56,388 nt of DNA from NCBI GenBank assembly GCA_044356295.1, contig JBIKWN010000122.1, positions 1-56,388 of the forward strand. Reading direction: 5' to 3'. Shown in pieces: positions 48,573 through 56,388 of the stretch (within the stretch, counting starts at the first letter, position 1; each line of letters opens with the position of its first letter). The translations under genes and the position numbers were made by a program. The notes beneath the pieces are model-generated. The model searched no databases, was not told the origin of the DNA, and saw only the letters and a list, made by a program, of their open reading frames with translations. The DNA is from Bdellovibrionota bacterium (lineage in GTDB: Bacteria; Bdellovibrionota_C; UBA2361; JBIKWN01).

Positions 48573-51452
48573 ATGAAGCTCTCTGGACATCTAACAATTG
48601 AAGTAGTAGATGCTACTACTAATGAAGTAATTAATACTATTGAACAAAGTAATATTATTACAGACAATGCATACACTAATGAGTACTTTCTAAGAACTCT
48701 TATCTGGTCAGCAAATACTATATTCATAAGCAATGAGACTGCATTGCCTACAAGAACTAAGGCATCTATTCAGTGTTTAGGTTGTGCTTATAGAGGAACA
48801 GGACAGCCAGATACACAGGTATTCCATACTGCTAATCCTCCATACATTACTTATACGCAGAGATTAGATGCGGTTAGTGTTGCTAGAACGTTTCAAACAG
48901 TTGGACTAACAAATCAAAATATGGGTCAAGTAGTTAATACTGTAATAACTCCTTGGGCCTACTTATTACTAAATCAGCCATGTACTCAAGAAGTAAATCA
49001 AATACTCAACTTTAATTATCGTATAACTGTTCAAAACAGTACAATAAGCGGCGCTAACCGGCCCTTATATCCTCAATGGATAAATGACATGTGTTTTAGT
49101 ATGAGCGGCTTTAACAGCTTTTTAAATATTAATCAGGACTATAGATCATTGAGAAATATGACGGCATGTGCTCCTCTTCCAGAGTATGAGTGGTGGTATT
49201 TGCCTGTAGCTACTTATGGCAATATTCCTGCTGTAGCAGGGACAAGTGATAATCAGGGCAACTGGGTGACTTGGCAGGGTAATCAGGCTACTAACTTCTA
49301 TAGACAGAAGTGTTACTGGTCTTTTCCTAGAGCCAATAATAGTGACGCTAATGGGCGCGTATTTAATGGAATACTGTCTGGCTCTAATTACACACCTAAA
49401 ACTACTAATGAAGCGGCAGAGACAAAGGCTACGTTCTCTGCCTACAGTAGTTCTACGCTATCAACTACAAGTAATCTACAGTCTGCCTTTGCATATAGCA
49501 GTGTACCACCTACAACTATTACTGCCTGCTTCTTACCAGACAATACTCCTACTGGCTCTGGCTCTCTTACATTTAGTGAGGCTCCTTGGACTGGTGTATG
49601 GCCTACTACTTATAGAATTAGAATCACTGAGTCTGGAGCACCTGGAACTGCTAAGTATGTATTAGGAGTACGTAACTTTACTAGCTACTATACAGATAGT
49701 TATTATACTTACTGTCAATCTAATAAGGCCTATCATCCATATATACAGCATCTTGCTAAACCGTATAACAAGGCGCATGGTTGGCAGTTAACAATGCCTA
49801 TATCTGCTATAGATAATGTATGGACGGTGCAGGCAGATAGAACAGGCGTATCTATAGTTAATCAGTTTACGGGACAGCACTATGATTTAGACAGTACTAC
49901 TACTCCTGCTTTACCTATTACAGACATGCGACAGTATGCAGTAGACGCTCCTAGATCACTTATCTACGTAGCATGTAGCACTACTGGTTTATGGCGTATT
50001 AACTATTCCAATCTATCTGCTATTACCGTTACAAACGTGCTTGCTCAGCCCGTTTATGCGGTAGATACAGATAAAAACGGTATTGTATATGCAGTTATTG
50101 TTGACGCAAGTATTTCTTTAATACTTACTAGTTCTGCTAGTAACTATACTGCTAATTTGGGATTTACTGGAACATTAACTAGTTGGCTGTACATTCTAGT
50201 TAATCGCATACATGCAGATACAAGAATAGCTATAGTTGTTAGAAATAACACTATTACTAATCAGTTAAGAGGAGCAAATATATACTGGTGGAGCTTAGCA
50301 AATGGAACTAGTACTAATACTTATTTAGGTAACTTAGTTAGTTGTGGGGAATCACAGAACAGCGTAGCTTGGGTAAGAAATAATGATTCTAGACTATGGT
50401 GCTCTGACGGAACTCTATTAGAATTTAATACTGCCTCTCAAGTTAATCCTTCTGCGGCTAAATACAGTCTAACTAATATACAGAGCTACATTTCAGATAT
50501 TGGATATGATCCTGAGACATATAAATTATTAGATGGCACGCAGCTTCCTACTACCGGTACAAGATACTTACCTCATCAAATATGTCAGGACTATTGGGGT
50601 GCTTATATCTCTAGTCCCAATGGCTATGCACAAATCTATCATCCTGCTACTGGCGCTACTTTTACTAATATAAACAATCAAGGTAGTGGCGCTCAAGGAC
50701 TATTTCCCTTCTTATCTGTAATTCCAGATAAGGCAGTATGCTTTGCTAATGGTATTCATCTTAGTTCTGCTGCTTGTCATTATCAATGGGCTAACTTTGT
50801 AGGCAATACGGATCAAGACTGGATATGGTATAAGTGGAATGGCACTAGCTGGATTCCTGCGGTTACCTTTGATGCTAATACAAATACATGGATTAATACT
50901 ATAGACAGCGCTTCTAGTAGAACAACTAGTACATCTAATCAAGCACTGCTAGACGGTATAAGCGTTAGATTTACTGCAGGACTAACAGAGCCTAGCTTTG
51001 TAGTAGGAGAAGTGTATGATCAGCATGTTGCTAGAGGTATGTTTAAGACTAACGATACTTCTATGTATGTAGAGACTGCAACTATATACAGTCAGCCCGT
51101 ATTTAATAAGGTATCAATTACTCCTACTACTATTACTGCTGCTAATAACTATGGAGTAGTAGTAGATGGTGCTCCTGGTAATACGGCTATTAGTAGCGCT
51201 GTATCTGCTATTGCTGTTAATCCTCTATATCACTCTCTCTTGCCTGAATACGATAAGAGTAATATGTACTTTGAAATTAATAGCATTCCCGTAACTACAG
51301 TATACGCTGAGTCTATTAATACTCTTCCTGCTGCAAATACTCTTACAGCAGGCCAAGTCATTGTCTATAGAAATGGACTTATTGTATGCAGCAGTGCAGA
51401 CGTAAATAAGACGTTAACTGGATACTTTAGCTACGTAGCTAGAAGTGACTAG
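48573..51452 (+). CDS. Putative tail fibre/receptor-binding protein with beta-propeller-like region
   Basis: N-terminal 'LSGHLTIEVVD...SNIITD' typical of tail/baseplate attachment domains; Thr/Asn/Trp/Tyr-rich; propeller-like 'YAVDAPRSLIYVA...GLWRI' and 'YAVDTDKNGIVYA'. Confidence 0.55.
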   Translation: MKLSGHLTIEVVDATTNEVINTIEQSNIITDNAYTNEYFLRTLIWSANTIFISNETALPTRTKASIQCLGCAYRGTGQPDTQVFHTANPPYITYTQRLDAVSVARTFQTVGLTNQNMGQVVNTVITPWAYLLLNQPCTQEVNQILNFNYRITVQNSTISGANRPLYPQWINDMCFSMSGFNSFLNINQDYRSLRNMTACAPLPEYEWWYLPVATYGNIPAVAGTSDNQGNWVTWQGNQATNFYRQKCYWSFPRANNSDANGRVFNGILSGSNYTPKTTNEAAETKATFSAYSSSTLSTTSNLQSAFAYSSVPPTTITACFLPDNTPTGSGSLTFSEAPWTGVWPTTYRIRITESGAPGTAKYVLGVRNFTSYYTDSYYTYCQSNKAYHPYIQHLAKPYNKAHGWQLTMPISAIDNVWTVQADRTGVSIVNQFTGQHYDLDSTTTPALPITDMRQYAVDAPRSLIYVACSTTGLWRINYSNLSAITVTNVLAQPVYAVDTDKNGIVYAVIVDASISLILTSSASNYTANLGFTGTLTSWLYILVNRIHADTRIAIVVRNNTITNQLRGANIYWWSLANGTSTNTYLGNLVSCGESQNSVAWVRNNDSRLWCSDGTLLEFNTASQVNPSAAKYSLTNIQSYISDIGYDPETYKLLDGTQLPTTGTRYLPHQICQDYWGAYISSPNGYAQIYHPATGATFTNINNQGSGAQGLFPFLSVIPDKAVCFANGIHLSSAACHYQWANFVGNTDQDWIWYKWNGTSWIPAVTFDANTNTWINTIDSASSRTTSTSNQALLDGISVRFTAGLTEPSFVVGEVYDQHVARGMFKTNDTSMYVETATIYSQPVFNKVSITPTTITAANNYGVVVDGAPGNTAISSAVSAIAVNPLYHSLLPEYDKSNMYFEINSIPVTTVYAESINTLPAANTLTAGQVIVYRNGLIVCSSADVNKTLTGYFSYVARSD

Positions 51453-51820
51453 TACTTCTTATTGTATGTTGTAGTCATATAGGTATCTAGGCAAATACGT
51501 CTTAGCTCTAAATACTTTGCATATGACTTAATACTAAGTATGCGGCCCTCTTTAAATACTTCTTGATTTAAAAACGGCAGACTATGTACTTCATCTATAA
51601 ATACGTAGAGTTTAAGTAGAAGAAGAGAGTATTCTTTTATCTTATCTTCATCAGTAAGTGTTAGTAAATTGAATAGCATACTATCAAACTTTAATAGCTG
51701 TACTACAGTATCACTCCAACTGCCATCTGTAATAGTACATAACAATCCAATTAACACGTCTCTACTAGTAGTAGGCTGTTCTAACTCCAATACACTCTTT
51801 AATGCTTGTACTTTATTCAT
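51449..51820 (-). CDS. Hypothetical protein
   Basis: 123-aa ORF ending the - strand replication operon. Confidence 0.55.
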   Translation of the reverse strand: MNKVQALKSVLELEQPTTSRDVLIGLLCTITDGSWSDTVVQLLKFDSMLFNLLTLTDEDKIKEYSLLLLKLYVFIDEVHSLPFLNQEVFKEGRILSIKSYAKYLELRRICLDTYMTTTYNKKY

Positions 51821-52397
51821 AGGGGGACATCCATAAGGGACACTGTTTTAACTGTTTATTTCTGTCTGCTACTAGTAACTGTCTTCTTAGCTTATCTCTA
51901 TTTATAAAGGAGGGTAATAGTAACTGTTTTGCTACTGTTAATACGGACGTATCCTCTAAACCATAAACGCAGCAATCTGTTCTTTCTTTGTCTTGTCTTA
52001 GTAATAAGGACCAAATATATACAAAGCGCATATAGACGTGCTGATTTAGCATTGTTCTGTGAGACATAGTCTTATCTCTACAGTACATGTATAGCTGTCC
52101 CTCCTTATTAACAGTTCTACTTATACGTGTTATCCGTTTATCCAGTTCTTCTGGATCATAGACAAGATCTACACACGTATTTAGTAGAAGCGCCTTCTTT
52201 TCTAATTCATTAGCAATTACTATGTAGTGTAGATACTTGTTTATTGCATTGTTGGGTAAAAGAGTAGGTACAAGTAGCTTATCTATTAGCTGCATTAATT
52301 GCTTATCTTCAGCTATAGACACTGCAACTATAACGTAAGGGAGATACAGGTCATCTGTATCTCCTTTTTGTACACATATACAGCTAACTACAGTCAT
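51813..52397 (-). CDS. Hypothetical protein
   Basis: 194-aa ORF with ATGA overlap with primase. Confidence 0.55.
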   Translation of the reverse strand: MTVVSCICVQKGDTDDLYLPYVIVAVSIAEDKQLMQLIDKLLVPTLLPNNAINKYLHYIVIANELEKKALLLNTCVDLVYDPEELDKRITRISRTVNKEGQLYMYCRDKTMSHRTMLNQHVYMRFVYIWSLLLRQDKERTDCCVYGLEDTSVLTVAKQLLLPSFINRDKLRRQLLVADRNKQLKQCPLWMSPYE

Positions 52398-53581
52398 CTT
52401 TTTACATCTAATATGTCTATTAAGTAATCATAGGCAGTTGAACCAATTAACTCATAGAACTTATTTCTTCCACTACTACTGTTAAGCGCTTCAATAACTC
52501 TAATTAACTGTACATGCTGTTTTTTATCATCAAACAGGCTATCTAGTAAAAAGTCACATAGGGGCCATTTATCCCTAAGTATAGACTGTCTACTAATAAT
52601 GCCATTGCATAGTTCTTCATTTATGTCTTTACGCTTAGGTAAATAGACATAATACTTGTTATGTGGATACAGTAGAACTAAATTAATCAGTTGAGGTATT
52701 AGCGCAGTATAAGATTTATACCTACCAGTCTCCTCATCTCTATCACTATCAAAACAGAAGCAGATACTATTAAACTTTGTTAGCTTGTGTGCATAGTTTA
52801 ACAGGCCGTATACTCCCAATATTCCACAAGACTGCATTCCTAGTTCATACAGAGAAATAGTGTCCATAAATCCCTCACAAACACATAACATGTCTTTCTT
52901 GTTATATAGACTAAGGAACTGCTCAAGTACTAGAGTATGTATAGTAGTGCTTAGGTTCTTATATCTAGGTATATAGTCTGAAGGCGGCCCTACATATCTA
53001 CCTACAAAGGATGTAATATGACCTCTATCACTTACTAGGGGAAACATTACTCTAGTCTTAAAGAACTCCTTATTAGTAGAACTACTTAATAACCCTGCCT
53101 CTATTAGTTCAGTACGTCTAAAAGCACTCTTTAAACTAGTACCAGAAGCATAGCCTACGCCTATCTCCTGTAAAGTACTGTTCTTTATATTACGTCTGTC
53201 TGTTAAATACTGTAGTACTAAGGGAGAGTCAAAAAGATCTTCCATGTATACAGCTCTTACTTCTCGTAGTAGTTGTAATTTCTTCTCCTGTTCTGCGGTT
53301 AATTTAACGTTACGTCTAATACCATATCTATCACACAAGTCATAGATACTTTCTTTAGTAAGACTGTCATCACCTAAGTTTATTAATGCGTTTAGCTGTA
53401 TGCTATTTGCCTTAAAGCCACAAGAAGCGCTATGACAGAATACATACTCATCATTAATTACACTAGCAGTCTTTATTCTGTGACATTTAGGACAGTCAAT
53501 ACGGCTGTAGTAACTGCCTAATATATCACTAATTTTTACCTGCGCTCTAATCTCATTAGTTAGATGTCCCATTAGTAACAA
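52394..53581 (-). CDS. dnaG: DnaG-type DNA primase
   Basis: Zn-finger 'CPKC...CHSASC', 'YLTDRR', 'FKTRVMFP', 'FVGR', 'PRYKN', TOPRIM 'VCEGFMD' and 'FDSD'. Start may be the ATG at 53572. Confidence 0.88.
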   Translation of the reverse strand: MLLMGHLTNEIRAQVKISDILGSYYSRIDCPKCHRIKTASVINDEYVFCHSASCGFKANSIQLNALINLGDDSLTKESIYDLCDRYGIRRNVKLTAEQEKKLQLLREVRAVYMEDLFDSPLVLQYLTDRRNIKNSTLQEIGVGYASGTSLKSAFRRTELIEAGLLSSSTNKEFFKTRVMFPLVSDRGHITSFVGRYVGPPSDYIPRYKNLSTTIHTLVLEQFLSLYNKKDMLCVCEGFMDTISLYELGMQSCGILGVYGLLNYAHKLTKFNSICFCFDSDRDEETGRYKSYTALIPQLINLVLLYPHNKYYVYLPKRKDINEELCNGIISRQSILRDKWPLCDFLLDSLFDDKKQHVQLIRVIEALNSSSGRNKFYELIGSTAYDYLIDILDVKR

Positions 53582-55562
53582 AGGCTAAGTATTTAGGATC
53601 AATATAAACGCAACTGTCAAAATCATTAGGACTGCCTACTACTCTAATTCCTTTAATCAATGGACATCTAGAGAGAGCTACATAACTCATACCACTAGAT
53701 CTGCCCATAAAGTAATCAGTTCTATCCATACGCACCTGTATATAGTCAGAAGTAATTCCCTGTATAGCATGAATAGTAGAAGCAAAGCTTAAACGTAGCG
53801 GCACATAGTTAATAGTACCCTGTTCAATTCCAGTCTCAGGATTAACTATTCTTTTCTGTATATAGCTAATAACAACACTCTTCTCATTGCGCAGTAATCT
53901 TACAACTACACAGTTATTATACAGCTCCTCAACTATAGCCATATCGCCATTAGCAATATATTCTCCTGTAGCAACAGTATGATTAGTAATACATCTAACA
54001 AGACAGCCTACCTTTAGAACTAAAGGTTCTAGAAAGCTATCCCATGATCTATCTATCCTGCCCGTCTTATGCCCAATGTATTCAGTAGAACGATTATCTA
54101 TACTAGCTAGCTTTGCCCCATTATACGCAGCAACGTCTCTCTTAGTACTGAATAGAGTAAGACCTAAGAAGTCTGGATCTAGCTCCTTATGAAAGCAGTT
54201 ATTATCTATTAATAGCTGTTTTATCTTTGCAGTATTACCGAGTCTTAAGTCATTCAGTGCTTCTTTAAATAGAGGATCTGTTTGTCTATGTACCTTAGTA
54301 AGAACTTCTACATCAAAGCGATCAATATTTATTGAATCAAAGTAAGGCTTACCTTCAATGGGAGGCAGTTGAGCAATATCTCCTGTTAGATATAACTCTA
54401 GTTGTCTATTAGTTGCAGCTCCATATCTATCCATAGCCTCAATAAGACTATCAATATATTGAGCAGATAGCATTGGAGCCTCATCAATAGCTATACCATT
54501 CTTTGATTTAAATAGATTAGAGAAGGATCTAAATATCTTTCCAGTAATTATCTTCTGAACTATTTGTTCTGACTTTATGGCTCCTAACAAAGAATGTATA
54601 GTGCAGGCAGTCTCATGTAGATTTACAGCAGCAATACCAGTACTAGCTGTAAGTATCAGTTTGTTTTCTTCTACTGCTTGTTGCAGCTTATATGTGTTAT
54701 GAGTAACAACATAGTCCTGTGTTACGTACAGATGACTAGGATGATCAATTAATATGCATCTACCTGGCTGATAAGATCCCTTTCTATAGATCTTCATAAT
54801 GCGCTTGCCTTTAGGTCTCTTACCAATACCTAATTGCTCTAAGTACTTTACCTCAACAACATATATAGGCTGTCCCTTAGCAAAGCTTTCATATGCCACT
54901 ACAAAGCCACCCAGTCCCCTAATAAGATCAAGCAGTACATGTACATAAGATCCTGCTTTATCCTTATAGAAGTAGTAAGTATTGCCTTTTCTCTTTTGTA
55001 AAGAGTTAGATAGCTGATACAGAAAGAGAGCATTAAATCCTTTGTTGTTTTTTATATAGTCAACGTTATACTTAAAGTGACTTCTAGTATGAATAGAGAG
55101 TATTTCAGTAGCAGCTACTATTCTAGTCTTAACATCTGCTCTTAATAAGGTATAAGCAGCGCATAGATTAAATAGATCATCCGTATAACCAATAATATTC
55201 TGTGGATATTGAATGGGAGATTCAATCAGAGGAATATACAGATAGGAGTTAGATACTTGCCGTCCATATAAATTATAAGTACTGTCTGTATATGTTTTAC
55301 CTCTATGCGTATAAGTCCATAAATGATCTTTGCAGCAGATGCATCTAGTATTGTCATTAAACAGTATTTCATACATCTCTAGACGAGCATTATCATGTAC
55401 TTCTAATACATCTGCAAAGGAGCCATCTACTGTAGCTACTTTAGTGCCGACCTTAATACTAGAGTTAAGCATCCATCCTCTATTTGTAAGCACTAAAGCG
55501 TCCATTGGTAAAGCCTTACCACTACCAGCAACGCCTGATACACTCTTAATACGTGTCAACAT
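53556..55562 (-). CDS. Pif1/RecD-like SF1B helicase, intein-containing
   Basis: Walker A 'GVAGSGK|T', 'ASTGIAAVN', 'TIHS', 'IDE', 'GDIAQLPPI', 'HRQTD', 'ANGD', 'FASTIHAIQG', 'YVALSR'. Confidence 0.9.
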   Translation of the reverse strand: MLTRIKSVSGVAGSGKALPMDALVLTNRGWMLNSSIKVGTKVATVDGSFADVLEVHDNARLEMYEILFNDNTRCICCKDHLWTYTHRGKTYTDSTYNLYGRQVSNSYLYIPLIESPIQYPQNIIGYTDDLFNLCAAYTLLRADVKTRIVAATEILSIHTRSHFKYNVDYIKNNKGFNALFLYQLSNSLQKRKGNTYYFYKDKAGSYVHVLLDLIRGLGGFVVAYESFAKGQPIYVVEVKYLEQLGIGKRPKGKRIMKIYRKGSYQPGRCILIDHPSHLYVTQDYVVTHNTYKLQQAVEENKLILTASTGIAAVNLHETACTIHSLLGAIKSEQIVQKIITGKIFRSFSNLFKSKNGIAIDEAPMLSAQYIDSLIEAMDRYGAATNRQLELYLTGDIAQLPPIEGKPYFDSINIDRFDVEVLTKVHRQTDPLFKEALNDLRLGNTAKIKQLLIDNNCFHKELDPDFLGLTLFSTKRDVAAYNGAKLASIDNRSTEYIGHKTGRIDRSWDSFLEPLVLKVGCLVRCITNHTVATGEYIANGDMAIVEELYNNCVVVRLLRNEKSVVISYIQKRIVNPETGIEQGTINYVPLRLSFASTIHAIQGITSDYIQVRMDRTDYFMGRSSGMSYVALSRCPLIKGIRVVGSPNDFDSCVYIDPKYLAFVTNGTSN
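54696..55514 (-). mobile_element. Class 3 (Ala1, WCT) intein, 273 aa, in helicase Walker A
   Basis: Starts ALPMDALVLT; block B 'KDHLW'; block F 'GRCILID...LYVT'; ends 'VVTHN'|Thr. Confidence 0.88.
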
Positions 55563-55575
55563 TAGTTATCTTTTC

Positions 55576-56388
55576 CTACATAATAAATACATTCTCAGCG
55601 CCATACGTCTCTTTATACGTACTTATACGCTTTTTACTTTGACTAGCAGGCCATCCCATAGGATCAATAAAGTCTATTACAACACCACACGTCTTTCCAT
55701 TTGCTCTTCTTAGTACGCGTCCTACTCTCTGTAGTAATAAATTAATAGAAGAACCACCATAAGTAATAACTATGCGCTCTAGATAAGGTATATCTGTACC
55801 GGCACTAACTAGCTTAGGTCCTGCTATTACAATAGCGTTTGACTGCTTGAGCACATCTAAACAACTATTAGTATTACTCTTTGCTACTACAATATTCTTA
55901 TTGGGATACTTGTCAGCAATAAGTCTTCTAAGTATTTCAGCGTGATTGTTCTTCTGAGTATTAATAGTGCTTACTATGATAAGAGTAGATAGATTAGAAG
56001 CAACTAAATCAGCTATTAATTGATTACGTGCCGTGTTATTGATAATTAGAGATCTTATCTGCATGTTGTACTTGAATTGATCAAATGCTCCATATAGCCA
56101 CTTAGGACTACATTTACCTGCAGGTGCTGTATAAAGCTCTATGCGAGGTTGACTAATGTGTTGATTGTCAATAGCAGTTTTCTCTGTATATTCATAGAGC
56201 ACATCACCAAACATAGTGTTTACTAGTTCATTTAATACTGGCTCTTCAAAATGAGGAGTAGCTGATAAGGCAGTAATAAGATGTACGCCTACTAACTTGT
56301 TATAGAGAGTAATACCACTTCTATTTAAGTAGTAATGACTTTCATCAAATATAGCGTAGTCAATAGTCTCTAATCCCTGTACCTTTAT
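55576..56388 (-). CDS. SF2 (DExH, UvsW/XPB-like) helicase, 5'-truncated by window edge
   Basis: The frame is open to the window end: 'AIFDESH' (II), 'LSATP' (III), 'GTDIP' (V), 'QRVGRVLR' (VI). Confidence 0.88.
   Translation of the reverse strand: MKVQGLETIDYAIFDESHYYLNRSGITLYNKLVGVHLITALSATPHFEEPVLNELVNTMFGDVLYEYTEKTAIDNQHISQPRIELYTAPAGKCSPKWLYGAFDQFKYNMQIRSLIINNTARNQLIADLVASNLSTLIIVSTINTQKNNHAEILRRLIADKYPNKNIVVAKSNTNSCLDVLKQSNAIVIAGPKLVSAGTDIPYLERIVITYGGSSINLLLQRVGRVLRRANGKTCGVVIDFIDPMGWPASQSKKRISTYKETYGAENVFIM

Noticed and set aside
30321..55713. Short opposite-strand or alternate-frame ORFs inside longer genes (e.g. 31621..31893, 36101..36472, 42849..43091, 49342..49665, 55330..55713)
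   Set aside because: They are nested within better-supported genes and have no independent evidence.
1..56388. Stop-codon reassignment (TAG recoding), suggested by abundant TAG trinucleotides
   Set aside because: The standard code gives dense, full-length genes up to 3555 aa, and TAG ends terL (13046) and the giant gene (24535) just before new starts.

Overview
A 56 kb segment of a large, AT-rich, lytic-type tailed dsDNA phage. The host is probably a cyanobacterium, inferred from the NrdJ and its first intein, the NucA-like domain and the flavoprotein. Bases 1-26.8 kb (+ strand) hold a truncated flavin monooxygenase-like gene, baseplate/DUF4815-type virion genes, an intein-split large terminase, a 3555-aa membrane-rich virion protein with an N-terminal NucA-type nuclease domain, and a Cas4/AddB-like nuclease. 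Bases 26.9-47.6 kb (- strand) hold a T4-gpT-like holin, dUTPase, ThyX, a divergent photolyase/Cry-DASH-like protein, thymidylate kinase, an HNH nuclease next to a ~400-nt highly structured non-coding element, an atypical tRNA-Pro(UGG), an RNA ligase, a class II RNR with three inteins, and RuvC. A two-gene + strand tail/receptor-binding cassette sits at 47.6-51.5 kb. It is followed on the - strand by primase, a Pif1/RecD-like helicase with a class 3 intein, and a truncated SF2 helicase. There are five inteins in total. The best candidates for new biology are the structured-element/HNH unit and the nuclease-armed giant virion protein. All family calls come from motifs recognised by eye; no database searches were run.
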